From the NCBI GenBank assembly GCA_046563655.1, contig CM102285.1, forward strand, positions 5,518,001 to 5,582,000: a stretch of 64,000 nucleotides of DNA, read 5' to 3'. Positions within the stretch are counted from its first letter, which is position 1, and each line of letters opens with the position of its first letter. The DNA is from Yuukianura sp. NJ FZ-2021 (Eukaryota). The translations under genes were made by a program, and so were the position numbers. Positions 45,261 through 57,600 of this stretch are shown piece after piece. The notes beneath the pieces were generated by a model. That model saw only the letters and a program-made list of their open reading frames with translations. It was not told the origin of the DNA and made no database searches.

Positions 45261-46661
45261 TATGTTCAGGGAGTACGCTTCAATTAAAGCTTAGTAAGGT
45301 GCTCAAGTATGACAAGTTTCGACAGCCTTTTCAACTCGGCTAAGAAATTTTTGTTCTAGTTCTCCAACCCTTACAACGTTCATTTCAAGTATTTTGAACC
45401 TAGCGTGCTAATTTCTGGAATGTTGTCGCTCAGTGGAACTACGCTGGTTTTCCGTCTCGTTTTGCCTTAGCTTAGTTGCTTTTATGTTCAGCGCGTCCGC
45501 TTCAATTAAAGTTTATTAAGGTGCTCAAGTATGACAAGTCTCGACAGCCTTTTCAACTCGGCTAAGAAATTTTTGTTCTAGTTCTCCAACCCTTACAACG
45601 TTCATTTCAAATATTTTGAACCTAGCGTGCTAATTTCAGCAATGTTGTCGTTCAGTGGAACTGCGTTGGTTTTCCGTCTCGTTTTGCCTTAGCTTAGTTG
45701 CTTGTATGTTCAGCGGGTACGCCTCAATCAAAGTTTATTAAGGTGCTCAAGAATGACAAGTCTCGACAGCCTTTTCAACTCGGCTAAGAAATTTTTGTTC
45801 TAGTTCTCCAACCCTTACAACGTTCATTTCAAGTATTTTAACCTAGCGTGCTAATTTCTGGAATGTTGTCGCTCAGTGGCACTACGCTGGTTTTCCGTCT
45901 CGTTTTGCCTTAGCTTAGTTGCTTGTATGTTCAGCGCGTCCGCTTCAATTAAAGTTTATTAAGGTGCTCAGGTATGACAAGTCTCGACAGCCTTTTCAAC
46001 TCGGCTAAGAAATTTTTGTTCTAGTTCTCCAACCCTTACAACGTTCATTTCAAGTATTTTGAACCTAGCGTGCTAATTTCAGCAATGTTGTCGTTCAGTG
46101 GAACTGCGTTGGTTTTCCGTCTCGTTTTGCCTTAGCTTAGTTGCTTGTATGTTGAGCGGGTACGCCTCAATCAAAGTTTATTAAGGTGCTCAAGAATGAC
46201 AAGTCTCGACAGCCTTTTCAACTCGGCTAAGAAATTTTTGTTCTAGTTCTCCAACCCTTACAACGTTCATTTCAAGTATTTTGAACCTAGCGTGCTAATT
46301 TCAGCAATGTTGTCGTTCAGTGGAACTGCGTTGGTTTTCCGTCTCGTTTTGCCTTAGCTTAGTTGCTTGTATGTTGAGCGGGTACGCCTCAATCAAAGTT
46401 TATTAAGGTGCTCAAGAATGACAAGTCTCGACAGCCTTTTCAACTCGGCTAAGAAATTTTTGTTCTAGTTCTCCAACCCTTACAACGTTCATTTCAAGTA
46501 TTTTGAACCTAGCGTGCTAATTTCAGCAATGTTATCGTTCAGTGGAACTGCGTTGGTTTTCCGTCTCGTTTTGCCTTAGCTTAGTTGCTTGTATGTTCAG
46601 CGGGTACGCCTCAATCAAAGTTTATTAAGGTGCTCAAGAATGACAAGTCTCGACAGCCTTT

Positions 46662-46909
46662 TGTGGCGTTTGGGAAGAAACCCATTCCCACTCGCCACTG
46701 GATGAGGATTGCATGGAAGAGATAGCTGGGATAGCTGCCTTCCAATTGCTCCATCCTTCGAGAGGTTTGTAGAATGTGGCCTGGTAGCATAAGGGCAGTG
46801 CAGTCTCCCCGGATTGGAGAAAGACGTGGGTTCGAATCCCACTCGGTCACTTATTTTTTCTACACTCTCGTTCTTTGTCTCTCAAGCCATGTGACCCCTG
46901 AACGTCACA
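46662..46909 (+). mobile_element. 248-bp solo LTR (TRIM-like) containing a tRNA-like sequence
   Basis: TGTGGCGTT...AACGTCACA termini (8/9 inverted match), 4-bp TSD CTTT (46658-46661 / 46910-46913) restoring the satellite. Confidence 0.85.
46776..46850 (+). ncRNA. tRNA-like Pol III unit inside the solo LTR (probably not a functional tRNA)
   Basis: A-box-like TAGCATAAGGG, D-stem GCAT/GTGC, stem TCTCC/GGAGA with 7-nt loop, T-arm GTGGG-TTCGAAT-CCCAC (B box), bulged acceptor-like stem GTGGCC/GGTCAC, T6 run at 46854-46859. Confidence 0.75.
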
Positions 46910-47627
46910 CTTTTCAACTCGGCTAAGAAATTTTTGTTCTAGTTCTCCAACCCTTACAACGTTCATTTCAAGTATTTTGAACCTAGCGTGCTAATTTCAG
47001 GAATGCTGTCGCTCAGTGGAACTACGCTGGTTTTCCGTCTCGTTTTGCATTAGCTCAGTTGCTTGTATGTTCAGCGCGTCCGCTTCAATTAAAGTTTATT
47101 AAGGTGCTCAAGTATGACAAGTTTCGACAGCCTTTTCAACTCGGCTAAGAAATTTTTTGGGCGGATCTTATAGGTTTATGGTTACATTACTCAGAAATGG
47201 ATGGAAATGAAAGATTCGTGCTTCATTAGTGCATGTCAATGGTTACTAGTCGCTTTAACTTGACTTTGCGCGCATAAACTGAACAATCGCTGCGCTGGGA
47301 CGCTGCCTGTATACGCTGCGTCCCTCTTACATACTATACTAATACACGTACCCTCGTTGTACCAAAACGTTGTTGTTGTCCGTGCCGTTGATCTCCTCGT
47401 GTGTACTGCTGCGTAGTATGGAGCGAGGGATCTTGACACGATGGCTTCAAGTTGACCTCGGATTGGGGGTCGCCTGTCACGAGTCGTCAATGTAGAGTTG
47501 GCCCTTGTGCCAACTCTAAGGAGGATCTGGAAAGAACGTCTGGCCTCGTGTGAATCGGAAAAGGGCCTGATCTTTATTCTCTGAATAAAGATCTGAATCA
47601 AAAATAAGAAATAAAACTAAAAGCTAA

Positions 47628-48671
47628 CAAGGTAGGGTAATGCTCAAGGGTTGAGCACAGGTCTTCTGGAGGGAGTTGACAATTGATACGACATTTAGAC
47701 CGGCCTACCTCAAAACTGTAGAAGAAATGAGAAACCGTTTTCATGGAGTTGTTGCACCAAAACGTCGCTAAAAAGTTTCAGTGTGGATGCGAGGTCCTAT
47801 TTTGTGCATGAGTTGCACCAAAATTGCGTTGGCTGTTCTACCATTTAATTGCACCAAAATCATGTTGCAGTTTTGAGACCCAAAATATTTGAACTGAATT
47901 GATGTTCTTAATTTGTTGAGCAAGATGCACGTAATGTATTGTCGGGGTTGCCATGGCAATAGACCATTAGCGAAAAGAGCGTAAACCAAACACCCTCAAA
48001 ATAATGATATTGAACTTGAGATTTGTGCATGATGCAAAAAATTTGAACCCTGAGAAGGATGGATCGAATATACCTTCTTTTAAATCGAAATCGGTTCATG
48101 AAGATGCGCATAATGTATTGTCGATGTTGTCAAGGTATGCTCAAGGTAGTTCTCAAACCTGCACAAACCTTCAATTGTGTGCATCATGCACAAAATTGTA
48201 CGTTGTGGGGTGGGGTTCGAATATCGCTTGTTTATAATCAAAATTATAAAAATTTCTTGCAAAGGCAAATTTTAACCCTGCCAAGCACTGTTTCCATATT
48301 ATGAGTTTCAGCCACATTTTCTACCCTCAAGTTAAGTTTTAATTTAACAACGTGATTAAACTAGCTGTCAGAAAATGACAGGATCAAAACTTCGTTGTTT
48401 AAATATATTTTGAGTGTAATCGAAGCCAAAATGTTTCCGAGAAACGACTGCACTTAGGGTGCATAAAGTGGCCGCCCATTTGCACGTTGTTAATATAACA
48501 CTTTGAGTGCAATGTAGACTTAATGAAAACACTTGAGGCATACGTAACCCCCCGCCAAAAATGGAGCTTATGTTTCAGCGCAAAAGATCCTAAAAAAGCG
48601 AACGGACGGACAGACAAAGTCGTATCAATAGTCTTCTTCAGCATGTCGTAGACATGCGTCTCCAGAAGACT
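47628..48671 (-). mobile_element. DINE-1/HINE-like element, full-length copy
   Basis: Both termini present in reverse orientation (CAAGGTAGGG..TGCTCAAGGGTTGAGCA..GTCTTCTGGAG; CTCCAGAAGACT-AAAA). Confidence 0.87.
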
Positions 48672-48936
48672 AAAACTGTGCTGTGCGGTGTGCTCTCCTG
48701 CCTCGTGGCTCTCTGGTCTCCTCCTCCTCCTCCTCGGACGGTGTAGAATACTGCGCCGTCACAAGTTGAGCTTTACCCTGAGCATTATCTGTGCGATTAC
48801 AGGGTGTGGCAGCCAAAAGTAGACACCTCAATTATAAATATTTTGTTTATTTTCATAATTATAGGAGGAAACCTGCACCAAAGCCCAAAAAATTGAGAAT
48901 CTGTGATACATGTACTGATAAGACGGTTCCACGTGA

Positions 48937-49074
48937 TTTGGTCAGAAAGTGAAAAGATCAAAAGTGAAATGATCAGAAAAAAAGGTCAGAAAAGGAAGGA
49001 ACGTAACCAAACCTAACCTGAGATCTTTTGAATTTTGACCTTTTCACTTCTGATCATTTCACTTCTGACCAAAT
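48937..49074. mobile_element. Small palindromic MITE-like insertion
   Basis: ATTTGGTCAGAAAGTGAAAAGATC...GATCATTTCACTTCTGACCAAAT inverted arms around an AACCTAACCT core. Confidence 0.55.
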
Positions 49075-49139
49075 ATTTCTGCCCATATTACCTACTACGG
49101 TTTACGTAATCGGAAGTTAAGCCTCTTTTAGAAAACACA

Positions 49140-49555
49140 CCGGTAGTTATGATGGTTCGTTTTTTCATTTACAAGAAATGTGGCTTCATCAGTGAAACAG
49201 ATCCTAGAAGTCAAAGTCGGATCCCGATCACACATATTTTCTCACAAAATCCCATCCTGTTCTTAGGATTTCCATTTTGTAAAGCGTGTAGAATTTTCAT
49301 TTTGAAAGGGTGAAACTTTTCTTTCTTAATAATTTGTCGGATTGACTGCACAGAAATTCCAGCATGACCGCTCAGCATTTCTCTCAGTGACGAGTGTGGG
49401 TTCAAATAATTATTTCCGCACTCGGTTTCCCAACTGGACTTGTTCTTCCACTGCTGTTTTGAATGTCCGAATCGACGGAATTTGCCGATTCGGATAAAGA
49501 CCCGCTAAATAGACTAGACAATTCTGCTCTTTGAATGGCGGATAATTGTGGCATT
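49140..49555 (-). pseudogene. Transposase remnant (HTH plus first catalytic Asp region)
   Basis: NPHSSLRE..GISVQSIRQIIKKEKFHPFKMKILHAL...RMGFC and, after frameshift, ICFTDEATF; truncated. Confidence 0.7.
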
Positions 49556-49645
49556 TTGAATTTGCAGAAAGAAATTGGAAGACGCAGAAGAAATCGATAA
49601 CTCAAAACTGATTTGAATTTTCGGTTTTTGCCTTTTGACAATTTT

Positions 49646-51128
49646 AGTCTTCTGGAGACGCATGTCTACGACATGCTGAAGAAGACTATTGATACGACTT
49701 TGTCTGTGTGTCACACTTTTTAGGACTTTTTGCACTGAAACATAAGCCCCCTTCTGTTCGGGGGTTATGTATGGCTGAAGTATTTTTAGTAGGTCTACAT
49801 TCCACTAAAAGTGTTAAATTAACAACATGAAAATTAGCGGCGTCTTCCCATTGCCGACTCTTCTGACTTAAATATTTTTGACACCTTTGCATTGCACTCA
49901 AACTATTTTTAAACAACGACGTTTTGATCTGGTCATTTTCTGACAGTATGTTTAGTTACGTTGTTAAAATAATCCTACTTAGAGCGTGTAAATGCCGACT
50001 TAAACTCGTAACATGTAAACAGTGCATGGAAGGGTTCAATTTTGCATTCACGACAATTTTTTATAGTTTTGATTCTAACGCTGTATCTATACTTTTACCT
50101 TTTCCATTTCCGTTCTTCTTCCATTCTCGTCCAATTCCATTACGAATGCATTGTTGTCATCCATACTACAATTGCATTCCAGTACCATTTCCATGACAGT
50201 AGCATTCCATTTTCTATTTCATCAAGCATTCTCGCTGAAAAGTATGGATTGTTCCGTCGATGCACAAATTGGAAGTGCATATTTTTCGTATTTTTCTTTA
50301 ACGTTGGTGCATTTGTGCAAATTTAATTTGCCATAGCAACCCATTTTTCCTCGGTCGTTCCATTGACGGAACAGAACTGAGTTCAATGGCACGATGACAC
50401 TGGCATGGCAATGGAATGTAACAGGAACGGAAAACTCAAAATGCATTTCCGTTCCATTTCCATTCCATGATCGTTCCTCGTGGAAACCACGAAGCAACGA
50501 TGGAAAACAACTATGGATCGCAAAAATGGAAAATGGAATGTAATGCAACGAGAATGTAACGAGAAAACCACGAAGTATACATTCATCGTAAGGAAGCGTT
50601 ATTCGACGCCACCCTTCAATTTTGTGCAGGATGCACACTTATAAGCGGTTGCACACAAATCTCAAATTGTGCATTTACTTGAACCGATTTTGATTTAAAC
50701 GAAGCGATATTCGACCCCTCCTTCGAAGTGTTGTGCATCATGCACAAAGCTCAATTTCGATATCATTATTTTGATGCCGTTTGGTTTACGCTCTTTTCGC
50801 TATTAGTACATTGGTATGGCAACACCGACAATACATTATGTGCATCCTAATTTGTGCAATTTAGTGCAAATATTTTGGAGCGCAAAACTGGAACATGATT
50901 TTGGTGCAATGAAATGGTAGAATTGCCAACCCACTTTTGATGCAACTCATGCACAAAATAGGACCTCACATCCGCACTGCAAACTTTGAGCGAAGTTTTG
51001 GTGCGTCAGCTACATGAAAACGGTTTCTCATTTCTTCTACAATTTTGAGGCAGGCCGGTTTAAGTCGTATGAATTGTCAACACCCTCCAGAAGACCTATG
51101 CTCAACACTTGAGCATTGCCCTACCTTG
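49646..51128 (+). mobile_element. DINE-1/HINE-like element with ~500-bp internal insertion (~50075-50594)
   Basis: Both family termini; internal TTCCATT/AATGGAA-rich segment absent from other copies. Confidence 0.85.
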
Positions 51129-51227
51129 TTTGAATTTGGGATAAATTCTTCCCCCATTATTTACGACTTTTTCGTCGGATACCCATAACAACGGATTTGA
51201 GTGTCTACTTTTGGCTGCGACACGCTG

Positions 51228-53165
51228 TAGTTTAAATTGTGCTACAAAGTACTACCCAAGAGTTGATTGCAGCCTTAGGTGCTGCTCAATGTTTATGACA
51301 AATTTACCAACGTATTGCGACATAAAACTAAAAACCGTTTTTAAGACAAAGACGGACCTAAATGTCATTCAGGTCAACCGTGTGAGTTTCAGTATACTCA
51401 CTTTGTAGGAACAAGCTAAAATGAGCAAATGACATACTGCGGGCTAACACTTGTAAAATACCCATAAAAACAGAGTAGCGAAGGTGTCATTCTTGCGCAA
51501 AACGATTTTCATTCTCAACCGTAGAGCTGAGCTTTACCCCGAAATCCATGCGCATAGTTTAAGTTGCGCTACTAGTACTACCCTAGAGTTGATTGCAGCC
51601 TTAGGTGCTGCTCATTGTTTATTACAAATTTTCCAACGTGTTGCGACATAAAACTAAAAACCGTTTTTAAGACAAAGACGGACCTAAATGTCATTCAGGT
51701 CAACCGTGTGAGTTTCAGTAAACTTACTTTGTAGGAACAAGCTAAAATGAGCAAATGACATACTGCAGGCTAACACTTGTAATATACCCATAAAAACAGA
51801 GTAGCGAAAGTGTCATTCTTGCGCAAAACGATTTTCATTCCCAACCGAAGAGCTGAGCTTTACCCCGAAATCCGTACGCATAGTTTAAATTGTGCTACAA
51901 AGTAGTACCATAGACTTGATTGCAGCCCTAGGTGCTGCTCGTTGTTTATTACAAATTTACCAACGTGTTCCGACATAAAACTAAAAACCGTTTTTAAGAC
52001 AAAGTCGGACCTAAATGTCATTCAGGTCAACCTTGTGAGTTTCAGTAAATTCACAAAGTATGGCCAAGCTAAAATGAGCAAATGATATACTGCTGGCAAA
52101 CGCTTGTAATGTACCAATAAAAACAGAGACGCAGAGGTGTCATTCTTGCGCAAAACGATTTTCATTCTCAACCGTAGAGCTGAGCTTTACCCCGAAATCC
52201 GTGCGCATAGTTTAAATTGTGCTACAAAGTAGTACCATAGACTTGATTGCAGCCTTAGGTGCTGCTCATTGTTTATTACAAATTTACCAACGTGTTGCGA
52301 CATAAAACTAAAAACTGTTTTTCAGACAAAGACGGACCTAAATGTCATTCAGGTCAACCTTGTGAGTTTCAGTAAACTCACTAAGTATGGCCAAGCTAAA
52401 ATGAGCAAATGACATACTGCTGGCAAACGCTTGTAATATATCAATAAAAACAGAGACGCAAAGGTGTCATTCTTGCGCAAAACGATTTTCATTCTCAACC
52501 GTAGAGCTGAGCTTTACCCCGAAATCCGTGCGCATAGTTTAAATTGCGCTACAAAGTACTACCCTAGAGTTGATTGCAGCCTTAGGTGCTGCTCATTGTT
52601 TATTACAAATTTACCAACGTGTTGCGACATAAAACTAAAAACCGTTTTTAAGACAAAGACGGACCTAAATGTCATTCAGGTCAACCGTGTGAGTTTCAGT
52701 ATACTCACTTTGTAGGAACAAGCTAAAATGAGCAAATGACATACTGCGGGCTAACACTTGTAATATACCCATAAAAACAGAGTAGCGAAGGTGTCATTCT
52801 TGCGCAAAACGATTTTCATTCTCAACCGAAGAGCTGAGCTTTACCCCGAAATCCGTGCGCATAGTTTAAATTGTGCTACAAAGTAGTACCATAGACTTGA
52901 TTGCAGCCTTAGGTGCTGCTCATTGCTTATTACAAATTTACCAACGTGTTGCGACATAAAACTAAAAACCGTTTCTAAGACAAAGACGGACCTAAATGTC
53001 ATTCAGGTCAACCTTGTGAGTTTCAGTAAACTCACTAAGTATGGCCAAGCTAAAATGAGCAAATGACATACTGCAGGCTAACACTTGTAATATACCTATA
53101 AAAACAGAAAAGCAAAGGTGTCATTCTTACGCAAAACGATTTTCATTCTCAACCGTAGAGGTGAG
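51228..53165. repeat. 327-bp tandem repeat, ~6 copies
   Basis: TAGTTTAAATTGTGCTAC at 51228, 51555, 51881, 52208, 52535, 52862. Confidence 0.95.
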
Positions 53166-53483
53166 AATGTATTGCGACCTAATACTTATAGCTTTTCATT
53201 TATCTGCTACTCAGACAGCGATCTGTGTTAACAGTTCAGTTCAGTTAGTTTAGTTTCAGTTCTCGTTTGCTTTCATTGAGTTAGGTTGCGTGCATCGTTG
53301 CCCGAGAGCCAGTGTTTTGTATGGATCAATATACTCCACACACTCACATCACTGTTGTTCATGTGTTCCGTTTACTGATCTTTCGGTGGTTTTCTGGTTT
53401 ACTTGGAGCTGGGCCTTGAGCCTAGAGAGAGAGGAGTCTGAGTAGAGGTAATTTTGTACAGTTTTGATTGCCGGAGTGCTATA

Positions 53484-54113
53484 CTAGTTCTCCAACTCTT
53501 ACAACGTTCATTTCAAGTATTTTGAACCTAGCGTGCTAATTTCTGGAATGTTGTCGCTCAGAGGAACTACGCTGGTTTTCCGTCTCGTTTTGCCTTAGCT
53601 TAGTTGCTTGTATGTTCAGGGAGTACGCTTCAATTAAAGTTTATTAAGGTGCTCAAGTATGACAAGTCTCGACAGCCTTTTCAACTCGGCTAAGAAATTT
53701 TTGTTCTAGTTCTCCAACCCTTACAACGTTCATTTCAAGTATTTTGAACCTAGCGTGCTAATTTCAGCAATGTTGTCGCTCAGTGGAACTACGTTGGTTT
53801 TCCGTCTCGTTTTGCCTTAGCTTAGTTGCTTGTATGTTCAGCGGGTACGCCTCAATCAAAGTTTATTAAGGTGCTCAAAAATGACAAGTCTCGACAGCCT
53901 TTTCAACTCGGCTAAAACGTCCTTGTTCTAGTTCTCCAACCCTTACAACGTTCGTTTCAAGTATTTTGAACCTAGCGTGCTAATTTCTGGAATGTTGTCG
54001 CTCAGTGGCACTACGCTGGTTTTCCGTATCGTTTTACCTTAGCTTACTTGCTTGTATGTTCAGCTCAGTCAAAGTTTATTAAGGTGCTCAAGTATGACAT
54101 GGCTCGACAGCCT
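53484..54113. repeat. Detached block of the 222-bp satellite (~3 monomers, last one degenerate)
   Basis: Same monomer and orientation as the main array. Confidence 0.93.
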
Positions 54114-54692
54114 ATTCCAAGGTGGATAAACAAAGAAATACTTTTTCTTTAACAGGTTAGGCAATAACTCGCGTTTTAAGTTTTTTGTAAGAAAAATTTC
54201 AATACTGATTTCACCTAGGTTTAATCGCGGTTGGTATGGTAAACGGAATTTAAAAATTCTGACGGATGGCTTTTGAAAGTGGCATATTCATAGTAGAGCA
54301 GAAGTAAAAGGTAGAAAAAACAAACAAGGTAGGCCAATGCTCAAAGGTTGAGCATTGGTCCTCTGACGGGAGTTGGCAATTCATACGGCTTTCGACGGGC
54401 TGTCCGCAAACCCGTTCAAGAAAAACGTTAATCAATCAATCAATCAATCAGTTTATTTGATCTTGGCCAAAGCCCTATCAATTACATTCCTGCAGCTCGT
54501 TTAAGTTTTAAGAAGAATTTAATCAGTATAACTTAGTTAAGTGGTAAAAAATAAAGATAGAAGAATTAGTGCACAGGCACAGTTGGGTCGAAAAAGTGTA
54601 CAAATTGGAAAGTCAAATTATAATTAAAAAAAAAGAGTACCGTCAAGGGAAATTTAAATTCTCCAGGAAATTCAAGGAAAATTCTCCAGCTG

Positions 54693-57600
54693 TCATTTGC
54701 CTAGCGTTGGCTCGAAGGTTTCCAGTATTTTAGCGTTGAAGTTTTGTAGTTTTCCAAGAAAGGCAGCGTCCATTGCATTTGAGATGGTCCAGAGTATTGG
54801 CCACTGGTTTGGCGGGAGTTTTAATTGGCTTCTCAGGGGTTCTGTTAGCGGACAAGTCCAAAGTGCATGGTAGTATGAGAGTTGCTCGCCACAGAAACTG
54901 CAATTCTTTTCGGTAAACTGGCCAAAGTCAAGCCATTTCCGGTTGAGGTAGAGCTGGTTTGCGTTCAGCCTGATTTGAAGAATCGACGTCGTAAAATAGG
55001 TGGGGTAGCGTTTGGAGAATAGCTCTATCGCTGGAAATTTCTGGCAGATTTCGGCGTAGTGAGGGATGGATTTCGATAGCGCAGCTTTTCTTACATCTGA
55101 TTTTTGATAGAAGTTCCTAAATTTCTGTACCATGGTATGTTTCAAGGCTCTTGTCTCGGTCTCGGCTCCTCTACCATAGACTCCCTCTTGACCAATCTGG
55201 GCGAGAGCGGATCTAACGAGGGATGCTTTTCCACGTGATCTCGAAATTTGGAATTCTAGAGTTATAGTCGAGTTCCTGATGTAAGCACAAACATTTTGTT
55301 GGTAGTTTTAGTTGCGAACGCCAAAAAAAAAAATTCTACCTCAGTATTTGAACCCGCGTTCCCCGCCTCAAAGGACAAAAACCGCCCAGACGCTTTCTCA
55401 CTCGCCGCGCAAGAGAAATTATGGACACCTGGACTGAAAATTCCCCTTTTTGTCGTCGACACAATAACGACTTTTTTCGCGGGTGAAAATTAATTTTAAA
55501 TTTTTCATTTTCTCCTTCACTCTCACTTGAAACCACCCTGCTTTCTCCATGAGATCCTCTGAATTTGAAACTACGCGACGGCTTAGGAGAAGGTTTATTC
55601 GACGACTTTTAACTCGATGTTTTGATTTAAAATTGTCAGCCTAACTTCTACTTGCTCTAAAAAAAATTTGCTTGAATTTCGGTTGCCTTTTGAATTCCCC
55701 ATTGTTGCAGATTTTTTGGCCGGAGGATTTTGCCTGAGTCACGTGAAGCCACGAAATTTTGAAGCACAAACTTTTTAATTTGGCGTAGCTTTTCTCTTCT
55801 TGTTCCTCCTTCCAAAACTTGATTTCTCCAAAAGGGTAGACGAGATTTGGATGGTGAAGTGAAGCACATCCTTTACGTTTTAGTGTAGGTAGGCTGTAGT
55901 TAGGATGTAAGTCAACAAAATCCAGCATTCTTTTCTTTTCGTGTAAAGGGATTTCGTTGGCATCAATACTTTCATTGTCAGATTCAAAATTTTCATCCAT
56001 TTTTTCAAAAAAATGTTTAAAAACAAGGTTGTGGAACGTTTTTGAAATGACTATTGGGAGAAACTTTTGACTTTCCCTTTGTCTTGAGCTAGTAGTATCA
56101 AGTCCTCTTCTTCTTCAAAAACAATGCCATCAAGGAGCTGGAGGAAAGTTGAGTACAACTTGTCTTTGTCAGCAAAAGCGTCTGTACTTTCTCACATAGT
56201 GTTTAAATTATACTCCCCGAACTCATACTCAACAATTTTGACGAACTTTTTCGAAATTTCGATTGGATTTACGTCCATTTTTTGAAAAAAAAATGGAGTT
56301 TTTAAAATTAATGTTAGCTGTGAAAAAGTCGTTTTTGTGTCGACGACAAAAAGGGGAATTTTCAGTCCAGGTGTCCATAGTTTCTCTTGCGCGGCGAGTG
56401 AGAAAGCGCCTGGGCGTTTTTTGTCCTTTGAGGCGGGGGACGCGGGTTCAAATACTGGGGTAGAATTTTTAGAATTTTTTTTTTTTGCATTCGCAACTAA
56501 TACTACCACCGCAATGTTTGTGCTTACATCAGGAACTCGACTATAACTCTAAAATTCAAAATTTCGAGATCACGTGAAAAAGCATGCCTCGTAAGTTGGG
56601 CGCACCAACTGTACTTGGTGTCTGGGTGAACTGAGGTGATTTTACGCAGTTGGTAGTATGCGTTTCTTGTGAGGTCAGAACCCAGGTTGGTGTGGATTTT
56701 TGCATATAGGTACCAAGTTCTTTTGACGACTTCGTATTGCAGTGGTAGAGACTCGGTTTCCAATCTAACAAAGTACCTGGGAGTAGTAAGCGGTAGGTGG
56801 AGAAAACGTTTGAAGTACTTTTGTTGTGCCGTTTCTAAGGTGTCCGTGTATATATGGCCCCAGATTTCGCAGTTGTACAGTGTGGTTGATTTCACCAGTG
56901 ATTGTAGCAGCATCTTAATAGTCCATAGGTTAATGTACTTCTGTTTCTTCAGTATACTCAGGGTACACTCCTTGTGCTGAGGTTCCTTTCTCTGCGGCGT
57001 TCCTTGCTGCTTTTTGGAATGTGCCATTTGACTGGAATATAATGCCGAGGTACTTGTCCTCCGAAACGGTCTCTATCGGGGTTTCGTTCCAGAGAAAGTG
57101 GTCGTCTTTTCGAATTCTTCCTGAGCGACGGAAAGCTATTACTTTTGTCTTGGCCAGGTTGACACTGAGTCCTCTCGCTTTGAAGAAGTTGGAGGCGAGT
57201 TTGATTTTCTCTTGCAGCAATTCTTTAGATTGAGCAGTGATGACAAGGTCATCGGCGTACAGGATAATGTGAACAATTCGAGAACCTAGAGTATATCCTT
57301 TCAGTAGCGATGAAGAGAACTTGGAGACGAGGTCCTCAATAAACAGATTGAAGAGTGTGGGACTAGCAGACTCTCCTTGATGAACTCCTTTCATAATCTT
57401 GACCGGGTTTGTTAAGCCCTCACTGGTGTTAATTTGGGCAGTGGCGTTGTCGTGGAGAGACCTGAATACTTTTAGGAACTTACTGGAGATACCCAGGTTG
57501 CCCAGGACAGCCCACAACAGGCTATGATTTGGTGTGCCGAAGGCTTGAGACAAATCAACGAAGGCGACGTACAGTTCCTTTCTTCTTAGGAGTTGGCACT

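Larger units (their letters stand above)
45261..47158. repeat. 222-bp satellite, right block (~7 monomers, interrupted by a solo LTR)
   Basis: Same monomer resumes in phase after the TSD. Confidence 0.97.
48800..51227 (-). mobile_element. Decayed Tc1/mariner-superfamily (maT/DD37D-like) DNA transposon, interrupted by a MITE and a HINE
   Basis: 27-bp TIRs CAGGGTGTGGCAGCCAAAAGTAGACAC (48800-48826) / 51201-51227 with 2 mismatches, TA on both sides. Confidence 0.8.

Noticed and set aside
46776..46850. Functional tRNA-Ser(GGA) gene
   Set aside because: No U33, bulged acceptor stem, no long variable arm, embedded in a TSD-flanked LTR
53200..53480. TCAGTT-rich promoter or retroelement 5'-end-like segment
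   Set aside because: No downstream ORF or second copy to support it
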